A stretch of DNA of 29,573 nucleotides. Source: a virus. Its lineage: Duplodnaviria > Caudoviricetes. The stretch spans positions 1 through 29,573 of IMG/VR virus record IMGVR_UViG_3300032268_000205. One strand, given 5' to 3'. This document shows positions 1-10,377 of this stretch, in pieces; within the stretch, counting starts at the first letter, position 1, and every line of letters starts with the position of its first letter. Below the pieces are notes generated by a model. That model had not been told where the DNA came from. It ran no database searches and saw only the letters and a program-made list of their open reading frames with translations. Both the position numbers and the translations under genes were made by a program.

Positions 1-2
1 AC

Positions 3-776
3 AGCGCTCCACAATTAGCAGCAAAAAGGGCTGCTGCAAACACGCCAACAAATAAAAACGTTTCTGTAGGTAGTAATTACCCTTCAGAACAAGAATTTAG
101 AGATTTTGACCAAGCCGCTGCTTTATACCAAGCTGAAAACATGGCAAAAGCTGCTCCAGCGTCACAGCAAGAAGCGCCTAAATCTCTTCTTGACCAGCAA
201 ATAGAAAGAATGTTGGCTCGTGAAGCAGCTATTGAAAAACAAAGAGGCGATGATAAAAACATGGCTTTGCTCACTGCTGGCTTAGGAATGCTTGGCGGTA
301 CATCTCCGTATGCGTTTGAAAATATTGGTAAAGGCGCTTTAGCTGGCGTTCAAAGCCTTGGAGAAGCCAGAAAACAACGTGGCGCTGAACAAGCTGCTTT
401 AGATAAGAGTATGTTATATGCTACTCGTTATCAAGGCGCAGAAGACATTGCAAGACAGAATGCAGCCTACAACCGTGCTATGAAACAACAACAGTATGAG
501 TTAGATGTTAAAAAACATGGCACTGAACAAGAGAAAATTGCGGTTAACCAATACAACACTCATATTAAAAACCAAATGGATGCTTTGATAGCTAAAAATC
601 CAGCATTAGTTGGCGATGAAGCGGGATTAGCAAAAGCGCTTGATAGAATTAACAATGAAAAAATAACGTTACAACTACGCAAGAAAGCTTTTCCTGATTT
701 ACCAATAGAATCGTCAAGCGGTGTTACGTTTACACCAAAACAAGAGTCTTTATTAAGTAAGTATTTACCTAAGTAA
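3..776 (+). CDS. Internal virion / DNA-ejection-type protein, 5' truncated by the window edge
   Basis: The frame of ORF 141..776 is open back to position 3. The product is Ala/Gln-rich and coiled-coil-like, with a hydrophobic LLTAGLGMLGG..NIGKGALAGV segment. It lies directly upstream of the giant virion-type gene. Confidence 0.6.
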   Translation, partial: SAPQLAAKRAAANTPTNKNVSVGSNYPSEQEFRDFDQAAALYQAENMAKAAPASQQEAPKSLLDQQIERMLAREAAIEKQRGDDKNMALLTAGLGMLGGTSPYAFENIGKGALAGVQSLGEARKQRGAEQAALDKSMLYATRYQGAEDIARQNAAYNRAMKQQQYELDVKKHGTEQEKIAVNQYNTHIKNQMDALIAKNPALVGDEAGLAKALDRINNEKITLQLRKKAFPDLPIESSSGVTFTPKQESLLSKYLPK

Positions 777-780
777 AAAT

Positions 781-3700
781 ATGGCAGAAATAGATGATCT
801 TTTTCTAGCTTTAGAAAGAGCGGATGCCGCTGGTAACAAGGAAGACGCTCGTGAATTAGCCAAGATGATCTCTATGGTTTCTGGCGGAGTTTCTGCTTCA
901 ACAGAACCAGCAGTTAAACAAAACACTAGCAACCTAGGCGACATTGCCACTGCGTTTAAACAAGGTGTTGTTGGAGCTGGTAAGTCCTTAACCGATGTAG
1001 CTGGGGCAGATAACGTTGCTTCTCAGTATCTTGGTGGTATTCAAGAAAGACTGGGAAAACAATATAGACCCCAACGCATTGAAGAAATGCAAAAACGGCA
1101 ACAGATCATAGATGAAGCCGTTAAATCAGGTAGCACCCTCGAAGAAATTAAAGCCTATTTAGGCGGTGTAACTGAAGCTCCAGTTCAATCTATTGCTCAG
1201 GCAGTAGGTTCTTTTGCACCTTACGTGGCGGCAGGTGGATTGGGTGCTGGAGCTAGAGCGCTTAGTTTGGCGGCTCCTAGTGCTAGAGCTGTAAACACTG
1301 GCATTGGTGCGCTACAAGGTACTGGCGCAATTAAAGGTTCTATCTACGAAAACGTTAAAAGAGAGCTTGAGGCTCAGGGCGCAAGCCCAGAAGTGGCGGC
1401 TGAAAGAGCTTTACAAGCCCAATCATATTCAATGGAAAACGCTCCTCAGCTTGGTTTAGGGGCGGTTTTAGGGGCTGCGGCTGGTAGATACGGTGCAGAG
1501 AGTTTGGTAACGCCTGGCGTTGCAACCCGTTTAAACGCTAAAATGCTGCCAAGAGCAGCAATGGCTGCCGCATCCGAAGCTCCATTTGAGGGTCTACAGG
1601 CTGGTCAAGAACAATACGCAACGAATTTAGCTTTAGCTAGAGAGGGTATTGACCGAGATCCTATGCAGGGAGTTATTGGATCTGCCGCCAGAGATGCCGC
1701 CATAGGCGCTATTACAGCCGCCCCTATCGGAGCTATTAGCCGTGGTCAAGCAGCGCCTCCTAAGCCCGTTTTAGAGCCTACAAAGGCACAAGAAAAGGAA
1801 GAATTAGCCAAGCAATCAGACCCTAGCATCTACAACGATGAAGTGAAGCAAAGTGCCCCTCAAATTGCGGCAATGCTACTGCCAGAAATGAAGCGTTTTG
1901 GCTTGGAAAATGTGGGTCTAAAGGTCATGGATTCTATCGAAAACGGTAGAGCCGATGGTATGTGGGCTAATAACCTGATCCACGTAGCCCTAGACAAGCC
2001 TAATCCGATGGGGTCTATGCGCCATGAGTCTATCCATGCGCTACGGGAACTAGGCGGTTTTAAAGACAATGAATGGTCGGCTTTAACTAATAAAGCTAAG
2101 GGCGAGTGGCTAGACACTTTTATTAAAAAAACTGGCAAATACGAAGATTACAAGCAGATCTACCAGAAAGATAACAAGACATTGGCTGGCTTTGACAGCT
2201 ATATCCAAGAAGAGGCTATTGCCGAAGCATTTAGATACTTTGACAAGAATGGCGCTCCAGAGGGCATGATTGGTGCTATCTACGAGAAGCTCAAGCTGAT
2301 GTTTGAAGCTCTCCGTAATGGATTTACTGGTGCTGGATTCCAAAGCGCAGACAGCATCTTTAGAAGCATTGAGTCAGGCACAAGAGCACAAGTGGCTCCA
2401 GCGGGCGAAGTGCTAAACCCCGCCAGATTCTCCAAGCCTGATACCCGCAGATTGGATATGAACTTCAAGGATGTTACTAAGCGTGTACCAGAATTGACTG
2501 AGGCGGCTAAAAAAGTAGAGGCTGGCGAAATGACTGCCGCTCAATACGATAAGCTAGTAAATAGATACAAACCAGTCACTCCGTATGATTTTGTTCCCCA
2601 GCCAGCCACAACAGAAGAAGCAGTCAATGCTTTAGATAAAAACAAAAGAGAGAATTTTGGCAAAGGCAAAGAAATTCCTGCTGGCGAACAAACAGATCTT
2701 CGTTTAGATATTCCCGCCTATAGAGACCACGGAGTATGGGTAAACTCTATACACCGCAAACAGCAACCTACGGTATACGATTCCGTATCTTCTGTCAAAA
2801 ATGCACAGATGATATTGCCAGAGGATAAAAGTTTAAAAGTTGCTACTAATGAAGCAAACAAATCTCCGTTTGGAGTAATTCGTGGAGAGTGGAATCCGCT
2901 TAATGAAAAACAAGCCATTGCACAAGCAAAGAAAGCTTTAAAAGACCCAGCGTGGACGCAAGTAGGCATGGATCCAGAGCGTCATAGTTATTTCTATGAC
3001 CGCAAAACAACACAGCCAATTTTGTCTGCCGATGAGGTTATCCAAATTGGTCCGCTTGTGCTGGCTAAAAACGCTAAGTTTGGCTCAAAGAAAGACTTTA
3101 AGTATTCAATTTCTAAGGTATCCAACTTGCAAGCCGCCGATGAGCTGGCTCGTTCCGCTAACTTTAAGACCAATAGAGATCTAAAAGTAGAGTTGCAAAA
3201 ACGTGCTTTAGACACCGCCAAAAAGAATGGTTTGGATCTGTCATCTATGGATGACAAGACGGTTGAATACTTAAATAAAATTGGCTTAGAGGACGCTGAG
3301 TTTTCTTTACAGAAACAGCCTAACGCAGTTGGCTGGTACGACAAGACCGTAGAAAAAGCCCTAAACATTATTGGCTTAATGCATCCAGAAATCAACACAG
3401 ATCCTGATGCTAAATTTGCCTTTACTTGGGCTTTAGCCGTTACATCTAACGGCATGAAGGTAGATAAAAACTTTGAGCTGGCTGAACAAGCGTATAGACA
3501 GTTTAAACAAACTGGCAAGATGCCTACCAACATACAGGCTGGCGAAGCACAAGAAGCTATTAACCAAGGTTTAAACACTTACAACGAAATGGTAGAGAAA
3601 TACGGAATTGATGATGTACGTCAATTCATGGCTACTGAGTTTACCGTTAACCAGTTAAGAAGAATTACTAACTTGCCGTTGGCAGAAGAACTTGCAGATA

Positions 3701-6700
3701 CCAAAGTATTGGGCGCAGCCATTCTCGGTCCTAAAATTGGTAACGGATTCTTTAGTAACTTAAACGGCATCTTTGACAAGCTAACGATGGATCGTTGGTT
3801 GATGCGTACATGGGGTCGCTGGACAGGATCTTTAATTACTGAGCGTCCAGACATGGTTGCTAAGTACCTTAAAGAAACTAGAGCCGCCTTATCTCAGCTT
3901 AGAACTGATAAAGATTTACGTGAAAACTTAAGTACTGTACTTAAAGAGCCAATCACATCAGAAGCTATTGATGCCATCCTTAAAGATAACGCATCTATTG
4001 CGGCTTTCTCTGAGCGTTTAGCCAAGATATTTGGTAAAAAAGATCTGCGAGAGTATCTAAGCCAGACACCAAGTGGCAATGCTTTACGTCTTTCAGCAAA
4101 CACCCTAAACGGCTACCTTGATGGGCAGAAAGAAGCTCCACAAGGTGGCGGTGAGCGCAACAACATTAGGTTGATTTTTAACAACATCCTAAAAGATTTG
4201 CAGAAAAAAGAATATCCAAACCTTACAATGGCAGACTTACAAGCCGCTCTTTGGTATTCTGAAAGACGTTTGTATGATGCGGCAAAAGAAAGCAAAATAT
4301 CAGAGAACTATACAGATGATGAAGCTCCTGATTATGCAAACGCAGCAGCTAAGTTAGCAAAACAGAATGGTGTACCAGAAGAATTAATTCAAAAAATAGC
4401 AAAGCAAACGGAGGAAGAATATGCTGACAGAACAGGAACAGTACAACGAGGCGGTGAAGAACAACCCGTTGAAACTAGCACCAAAGGAAGAGTTTCAGGC
4501 TTTGCTGGCAAAGAACTCAAGCACTTCCTTGCCAAAGGAATCTTACAATCCTATCGAGAACTCAATGCGGAGACACCCCAAACTTACCGCAGAGGAAGCG
4601 GAAAAGATGGCAAAGGCTTTCGGGTTCTAGGCGAAAGAGCAATTGCAGAGTATTCCCCTGTAATTAAGTTTAAAAATGCCTTAAAGAGTATTGACGTAAA
4701 TGCGCCTAAGTTCTATGAATTTAGTGCGGATTCTGCTCCAGTATTTGAAAAGGCAATTGCTGCCTCTAAAGAAAACAACCCATACGGTGCATCGGTCTAC
4801 GTATATCCAGTAGAAGATTACGCTAATATGCGTATGTTTATGACCGATGATGGCAAAGCTGGCTTTGCGCTAAAAGATAATGACATCGTCTCGGTGTTTT
4901 CACAGCCTCCTCACATAGGTGGTGTAAACGGCATCATGCAGCTGGCAATCCAAGAAGGCGGTAGAAAGCTAGATTGCTTTGATACTGTATTGCCTGACTT
5001 CTATTTCAATAACGGCTTCCAAATTGCGTCTCGTTTAAAGTGGAGCGAAGATCAGAAACCACCAGATTGGAACAAAGAAACATTTAGCAAGTTTAATGAT
5101 GGTGAGCCTGACGTTGTGTTTATGGCTTATGAGCCTACAAACAACAGAAGACCAACCAACGAAACTGGTGTGCTTTATCAAGACTACGATCAAGCTGTTG
5201 AGGCACAGGCTCAAGCGGTTCAGAAGTCACCTAAATATTCTATTTCTGCTCCAGACACCAAAGAGTTTAAACAATGGTTTGGCGACAGCAAGATCACCAA
5301 TGCTGATGGTAGCCCTAAAGTTTACTACCACGGTACTGCACAGGACATTACAGAGTTCAGACCAAAACAAGCTAATGCAATCTTCTTAACAGACAATCCT
5401 AGGTTTGCCGAAGACTTTTCTAACTTAAGTAAGTCTTATATGGAAGCAGTTGCGTTTAATTCTGCTACTCCAGAAGGTCAAATTCAACAATTACAAGAAG
5501 TCAGAAAACTATTGGAGGAAGAAGGCAGAGATACCGACTTAATAGCAAAAGATATTAGAAAACTTAAAAAAGGTGAAAAACTTTCAAGGGGCTTCTACCT
5601 AGATAGCGGCTATTCCGACTTGTTAGATTATGTTAATCGTGATGTATCTGGAGCAAAAAACATTCTTCCAGTATTTGTAAAAGCAAACAATCCTTTTGAT
5701 TATGCAAATCCAGCACACATTGATGCCATAACTAAAAAAGTAAATGAAATGAGGAAAGAAGATTGGCGGGCGCATTCAGTGCTTTCTGACCAAGTTCCTA
5801 ACTGGAGAGGTGATATTAAAGTTGGAAGCTGGCGAGCAATAGAAAATCCTCAATTTCAAAAAGCAATTAAAGCTCTTGGATTTGATGGGTTTTACGTAAG
5901 CGAAGGCGGCAATAAAAACCTTGCGGTATATGACTCAAATCAGATTAAATCCTTTACCAACCAAGCGCCCACAGAATCCAAAGACATTCGCTTCTCTCTT
6001 GCTTTAAACAAGCTAGAGCCTGATACATTCCTGACATCTGATAAGAACCCTAATGCTTTAGGTAACTTAGGGTTTATGCCAGTAAACTCCCCACTTCCTA
6101 AGCGTCCTATCCGCCTTCAAATCGGCACTAGAGGTGATGAAAGGGGCAAAGCCTACGGCGCTAAACATATCCTTGAGCGTGCTTTGACAGACGTGGCTCA
6201 CAGACCAGTAGCGGTTACCAAAGAAGCCCTAGAGGACACCATTCTGCACATTGAGAGCCTTTCCAAGCGCTTTAACCGTGTCTATGCAGACGGCAAACAG
6301 TTCATCCTGTACGACTCACAGACTGACGATGCAATGGTTGTAACCCCAATGAATGGTTTCTATGGTGTCACTACGATGTACAGTAATCCAAACGTACAAC
6401 GTAGATATGGAAACCCTAAGTGGAGCGGCAGAAACATTCAGCCGCCAGTAGAAGAGACAGGGTTAAAGGCTAAAGGCATATCTGTACGTGCTACAGAAGA
6501 GGGCGACATTGTTCAGTCTGAAGTGCCTAAAGCGTTTAAACAGGCAGCTAAAGTTATTAGCCCAGATGAGATCGAAAGACAGGCTGAAAACTTGCCACGC
6601 AAAACTGGCACGTTAGGTGTTAAGAAGAAGCTATCTTTAGTTAACGCTCCTCCACAAGGCACGTTTACAACACTACTGCCAAATGAGACTGCTGGCAAGC

Positions 6701-9309
6701 GTTTAACCGACACCATCACTAACGTTATGAAGTTCTTTAAAGATCCAGAAGAACGGATAAAGGCTCGCATAGCGTTTATTGACCCCAATTCGGGACTAGC
6801 AAGAAGTCTAAGAGATAGCCCAATCTATGATAAGAATGGTGTTCTACGTGCCGATTTGCTGGCTAGAGGCAAAGCTCAGACTATTAACATTATCCGCAAT
6901 GGTTTGCAGACAGGTATCCCCATCATTAATTCTGATGGTACTGTCATCATCCAAAGAGATGACGTAAACAACCTGGCTAACAGCCAGGCAATAGCAGACC
7001 GTTTAAACAATAACCAGTACGTTACCGACTCTGGTTTGAGCGGCAGGGGCTATGTGGCTGAGGTTGCTCGTGCCCTCCGTGGTAAAGAAATCATGGCAGA
7101 AGATGCCGCATTTAACAAAACACAGAAAAATGTTAAGAACCACGTAAACAGAGAAAAACAAATTAAGCCTGAGCAGATTGCGTGGGCAGAACAACAACTT
7201 CAAAACGTCCCTGAGCTAGAGCAAATCTTTGATATCTGGAAAAACGTCAATACTGGCTTGTTAAATCTATGGGAAGAAGTGGGTCTATTAGACAAGAAAA
7301 AAGCTGATGAGTATCGCTCCAAGAAGTACTATGTGTCTTTAGCGGCTTCTAACGCAGACCTAGAAGAGATGATGGAAAACCAACTAGGCTATACCGCCGC
7401 TGGTTTAAAGTCCACTCCCAAGATTCATAAGCTCAAAGGTTCTGCTGAATTAGAGCGCAACATTTGGGAAAACATCGATAAGCAGTACGCATCTATGTTG
7501 GCTGGCGCTTATCAAAATCAAGTGCGCAAGCTTGCGGTAGAGCAATTAATTCTGGCTGAGGCGGCTAGTATTCCATCGAGAATGAAAGGCGGCAAGTTGG
7601 TTGGCGCTCCTTTAACTGAAGGTATCAACCTACGCTACAAAGACCCAACAAATAAGTTGGCAGATAGCGATGGTGTGGTTCATGTCATAGTGGATAACCC
7701 TGTAGACCTAGCCGCCTTTGAGACACATCATTATGAGTTAAGCCCAATACTTAAGTTCTTTGGCGGGGCTACTAACATCCTTCGTGCAGGTGCTTTGATT
7801 AACCCAATGTTCTGGATTCGTCAACTTATTCGTGACCCAATCCATGCGGCTTTGGTGGCTAATAGTGGCATTACAACCCCATTCCATTCAGCTAAAGAGT
7901 TTATCAATGTGCTTGCAAAGAACTCGCCAGAGGCTCGTATATTGGCTGAACGTGGGGTTATTGGGCAGTACGATAGCACCCTAGACCTACAGTCTTACCT
8001 TAACCAAACTGGTAAAGAACAATTGCCAAAAGGCAATTTAAGCAAGATGTTCCACAAGTTAATGCAGATACATGAAGCGTCTGACGCATCTACCCGTGTG
8101 GCTATCTTTAAAAAAGAAAAACAAGCCGCCTTAGACAGAAACATGACCGAAGAGCAAGCCATAAACTTCGCTGTTATGAAAGCCCGTGAGTCTATTAACT
8201 TCATGGTTCATGGCAACTCAGAGACTTTAAACGCTCTGCGCCAGATGATTCCGTTCCTTTCTGCATCCATCACTTCTTTGGATACCGTATACCGTGCGGC
8301 TACAGGCTACAACTTACCGCCAGCAGAGAAGGCTGCTGCACAGAAGCTGTTTAAACAGCGTGCAGCTTTAATGTTTGGCAGCAGTATCGCCTACGCTATG
8401 TTGATGCAAGATGACGAGGAATATCAAAAGTTACCCAACTACATCAAAGACAATAACTGGCTGATCAAAAACCCAACAGGCGAAGGCTTCCTTAAAGTAG
8501 CCGTTCCGTATGAGGTTGGATTCATGTTTAAGACCTTGCCAGAGGTGGCTATACGAGGTTTGGCTGGAAACGCAACAGGCAAAGAGATACTGAAGTCGTA
8601 CAAAGACGGTTTCTTACACAACATACCTACTGGTGGAGTTCCTGTACCGCAGGGTGTTAAACCTGCCTTGGAAGTCATTACTAACTACTCATTCTTTACT
8701 GGCAATCCAATTGAGAGTATTGGCGAAGGCAGACTGCCAGTTGAGATGCGTGGCAGAAACGCTAGTGAAACCGCTAAGTTCCTCAGTCAATCTGGTTTGG
8801 GCGCAATCGGTCTGTCCCCCGCCAAGATCGATGCTTTGGTGCAAGGTTACTTTGCAGAGGCTGGTACATTTACATTCTCCTTGGCTGATCATCTTGTTAC
8901 TACAGTACAGGGCAAAGAGCCTACCTCTAAGAATTTGGCTAAACAACCATTCTTCAAAGCATTCTTAACTGATCCAAACTCAGACAAAGCCGTTGCTGAT
9001 TTCTATCAAATATCACAAGTTGCCAACCAAGTAGCGCAAGAATTTAGCGATATGACAAAGTCTGGTCTGGGCGCACAAGCAGTAGAACTAATGCAAGATG
9101 AAGACAAGCGTAAGCTCATGGCATCCGCTCCCGCCCTGCGTAGGGTGGCTACATCCATGACTGCTATCCGCAAGGCAATTGAAGCCACTAACAACAATCA
9201 AAATATCCCGCCCGATGAGCGTAGAGAAATGGTCAATAAGCTAACCGCTCAATACAACCGAGTAGCACAACAGGGTGTTAAATTGGCAGATACCTTGGGT
9301 ATTCGATAA
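781..9309 (+). CDS. Large polyvalent (virion-delivered) protein, 2842 aa
   Basis: Gly/Ala-rich N-terminus; zincin HESIH..EEAIAE; HhH-glycosylase-like GWY..GPKI..F..NL.G..TMDRW..QAALW; GNAT-like GFAL..DIVSVF..LDCFD..LPDFY..GF; ART-like FKQWFGDSK..YHGT..IFLT..GFDG; PBECR-like IRLQIG..YGAKHI; LPD38-like C-terminus (IPFL.ASI..VPYEVG..NYSFFTGNPIE). Confidence 0.85.
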   Translation: MAEIDDLFLALERADAAGNKEDARELAKMISMVSGGVSASTEPAVKQNTSNLGDIATAFKQGVVGAGKSLTDVAGADNVASQYLGGIQERLGKQYRPQRIEEMQKRQQIIDEAVKSGSTLEEIKAYLGGVTEAPVQSIAQAVGSFAPYVAAGGLGAGARALSLAAPSARAVNTGIGALQGTGAIKGSIYENVKRELEAQGASPEVAAERALQAQSYSMENAPQLGLGAVLGAAAGRYGAESLVTPGVATRLNAKMLPRAAMAAASEAPFEGLQAGQEQYATNLALAREGIDRDPMQGVIGSAARDAAIGAITAAPIGAISRGQAAPPKPVLEPTKAQEKEELAKQSDPSIYNDEVKQSAPQIAAMLLPEMKRFGLENVGLKVMDSIENGRADGMWANNLIHVALDKPNPMGSMRHESIHALRELGGFKDNEWSALTNKAKGEWLDTFIKKTGKYEDYKQIYQKDNKTLAGFDSYIQEEAIAEAFRYFDKNGAPEGMIGAIYEKLKLMFEALRNGFTGAGFQSADSIFRSIESGTRAQVAPAGEVLNPARFSKPDTRRLDMNFKDVTKRVPELTEAAKKVEAGEMTAAQYDKLVNRYKPVTPYDFVPQPATTEEAVNALDKNKRENFGKGKEIPAGEQTDLRLDIPAYRDHGVWVNSIHRKQQPTVYDSVSSVKNAQMILPEDKSLKVATNEANKSPFGVIRGEWNPLNEKQAIAQAKKALKDPAWTQVGMDPERHSYFYDRKTTQPILSADEVIQIGPLVLAKNAKFGSKKDFKYSISKVSNLQAADELARSANFKTNRDLKVELQKRALDTAKKNGLDLSSMDDKTVEYLNKIGLEDAEFSLQKQPNAVGWYDKTVEKALNIIGLMHPEINTDPDAKFAFTWALAVTSNGMKVDKNFELAEQAYRQFKQTGKMPTNIQAGEAQEAINQGLNTYNEMVEKYGIDDVRQFMATEFTVNQLRRITNLPLAEELADTKVLGAAILGPKIGNGFFSNLNGIFDKLTMDRWLMRTWGRWTGSLITERPDMVAKYLKETRAALSQLRTDKDLRENLSTVLKEPITSEAIDAILKDNASIAAFSERLAKIFGKKDLREYLSQTPSGNALRLSANTLNGYLDGQKEAPQGGGERNNIRLIFNNILKDLQKKEYPNLTMADLQAALWYSERRLYDAAKESKISENYTDDEAPDYANAAAKLAKQNGVPEELIQKIAKQTEEEYADRTGTVQRGGEEQPVETSTKGRVSGFAGKELKHFLAKGILQSYRELNAETPQTYRRGSGKDGKGFRVLGERAIAEYSPVIKFKNALKSIDVNAPKFYEFSADSAPVFEKAIAASKENNPYGASVYVYPVEDYANMRMFMTDDGKAGFALKDNDIVSVFSQPPHIGGVNGIMQLAIQEGGRKLDCFDTVLPDFYFNNGFQIASRLKWSEDQKPPDWNKETFSKFNDGEPDVVFMAYEPTNNRRPTNETGVLYQDYDQAVEAQAQAVQKSPKYSISAPDTKEFKQWFGDSKITNADGSPKVYYHGTAQDITEFRPKQANAIFLTDNPRFAEDFSNLSKSYMEAVAFNSATPEGQIQQLQEVRKLLEEEGRDTDLIAKDIRKLKKGEKLSRGFYLDSGYSDLLDYVNRDVSGAKNILPVFVKANNPFDYANPAHIDAITKKVNEMRKEDWRAHSVLSDQVPNWRGDIKVGSWRAIENPQFQKAIKALGFDGFYVSEGGNKNLAVYDSNQIKSFTNQAPTESKDIRFSLALNKLEPDTFLTSDKNPNALGNLGFMPVNSPLPKRPIRLQIGTRGDERGKAYGAKHILERALTDVAHRPVAVTKEALEDTILHIESLSKRFNRVYADGKQFILYDSQTDDAMVVTPMNGFYGVTTMYSNPNVQRRYGNPKWSGRNIQPPVEETGLKAKGISVRATEEGDIVQSEVPKAFKQAAKVISPDEIERQAENLPRKTGTLGVKKKLSLVNAPPQGTFTTLLPNETAGKRLTDTITNVMKFFKDPEERIKARIAFIDPNSGLARSLRDSPIYDKNGVLRADLLARGKAQTINIIRNGLQTGIPIINSDGTVIIQRDDVNNLANSQAIADRLNNNQYVTDSGLSGRGYVAEVARALRGKEIMAEDAAFNKTQKNVKNHVNREKQIKPEQIAWAEQQLQNVPELEQIFDIWKNVNTGLLNLWEEVGLLDKKKADEYRSKKYYVSLAASNADLEEMMENQLGYTAAGLKSTPKIHKLKGSAELERNIWENIDKQYASMLAGAYQNQVRKLAVEQLILAEAASIPSRMKGGKLVGAPLTEGINLRYKDPTNKLADSDGVVHVIVDNPVDLAAFETHHYELSPILKFFGGATNILRAGALINPMFWIRQLIRDPIHAALVANSGITTPFHSAKEFINVLAKNSPEARILAERGVIGQYDSTLDLQSYLNQTGKEQLPKGNLSKMFHKLMQIHEASDASTRVAIFKKEKQAALDRNMTEEQAINFAVMKARESINFMVHGNSETLNALRQMIPFLSASITSLDTVYRAATGYNLPPAEKAAAQKLFKQRAALMFGSSIAYAMLMQDDEEYQKLPNYIKDNNWLIKNPTGEGFLKVAVPYEVGFMFKTLPEVAIRGLAGNATGKEILKSYKDGFLHNIPTGGVPVPQGVKPALEVITNYSFFTGNPIESIGEGRLPVEMRGRNASETAKFLSQSGLGAIGLSPAKIDALVQGYFAEAGTFTFSLADHLVTTVQGKEPTSKNLAKQPFFKAFLTDPNSDKAVADFYQISQVANQVAQEFSDMTKSGLGAQAVELMQDEDKRKLMASAPALRRVATSMTAIRKAIEATNNNQNIPPDERREMVNKLTAQYNRVAQQGVKLADTLGIR

Positions 9310-9379
9310 ATAAATCGCATTTGTCACAAAAGTCATATATGATTTATTGTTGTAATTCAACAATTTACGGAGGCTTTTG

Positions 9380-10375
9380 ATGTCAAATTATTTCGTTTCG
9401 GATGAAGATTTTATCTCCGCTTGGAGAGCTTTAGGATCGCCAAATCTTGTCGCCCAAAGATTCAAAATGGGCATACGTTCAGCCCATTCCCGAAGACGAA
9501 CGTTGGAGTTTAAATACAACATAGAACTCCCAACCACAGACCCACAAAGACCTGGCAATCCCAACAGTCCAGCAAAAATCATCAAAAAGATTGAAGAGAC
9601 TGACGGTCATGTCAGGCGGGGAATAGATATTGAAAAAGGTCGGGTTATTGTATTTAGCGATGCCCACTTCCAGCCTGATGAGGTAACAACTGCGTACAAA
9701 GCCCTGCTGCTGATGATCAAGACGTTTAAACATGAGATTAAAGCCATCGTAGCCAACGGAGATATTTTTGACGGCAGTCAGGTCAGCAAACATCAAAGAA
9801 TTAACTGGTCTCAAACACCCACGGTCAAAGAAGAGCTTGATGCCTGTAAGCTGATGATGGACGGGATTGAAGCCGCCGCCAGTAAAAATACTGAACTAAT
9901 TTGGTGTTTAGGTAATCATGATGCCCGTTTTGAAACATTTCTTGCTAATAACGGTAGCGCCACTTACGAGGGGGTATTAGGGTTTTCCCTTAAAGACCAC
10001 TTCCCTATGTGGAAATCGTGCTGGTCATTTTGGGTAAACGAGGACACCGTAATCAAACACCGCTGGAAGGGTGGTTTTGGGGCAACGAGGGGGAACAGTT
10101 TAAACAGCGGCTGTAATATGGTTACAGGGCATACGCACAATCTCTCCACCTTTCCGATCACTGACTATAATGGAACGAGATGGGGGGTGCAGACTGGATG
10201 CCTTGCAAACCCTAAGTCCGACTGTTTCATACATTACACGGAAGATGCGCCAACTGACTGGCGGTCAGGCTTTGTAATGTTATCGTGGGAAAACGGTAGG
10301 ATGTTGATGCCCGAAATGATTATGGTTTCGGGAGAGGACGAATTTGAATTTCGTGGCTGCATTAATAAGGTTTAA
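9380..10375 (+). CDS. Calcineurin-like metallophosphoesterase
   Basis: Motifs SDAH, NGDIFD, GNHD and GHTH. RBS GGAGG at 9369-9373 supports the ATG at 9380. Confidence 0.85.
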   Translation: MSNYFVSDEDFISAWRALGSPNLVAQRFKMGIRSAHSRRRTLEFKYNIELPTTDPQRPGNPNSPAKIIKKIEETDGHVRRGIDIEKGRVIVFSDAHFQPDEVTTAYKALLLMIKTFKHEIKAIVANGDIFDGSQVSKHQRINWSQTPTVKEELDACKLMMDGIEAAASKNTELIWCLGNHDARFETFLANNGSATYEGVLGFSLKDHFPMWKSCWSFWVNEDTVIKHRWKGGFGATRGNSLNSGCNMVTGHTHNLSTFPITDYNGTRWGVQTGCLANPKSDCFIHYTEDAPTDWRSGFVMLSWENGRMLMPEMIMVSGEDEFEFRGCINKV

Positions 10376-10377
10376 AC

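Noticed and set aside
1860-9197. Numerous antisense and alternate-frame ORFs inside the giant gene (similar ones occur in primase, CobS and terS)
   Set aside because: Shadow ORFs without motifs or RBS.
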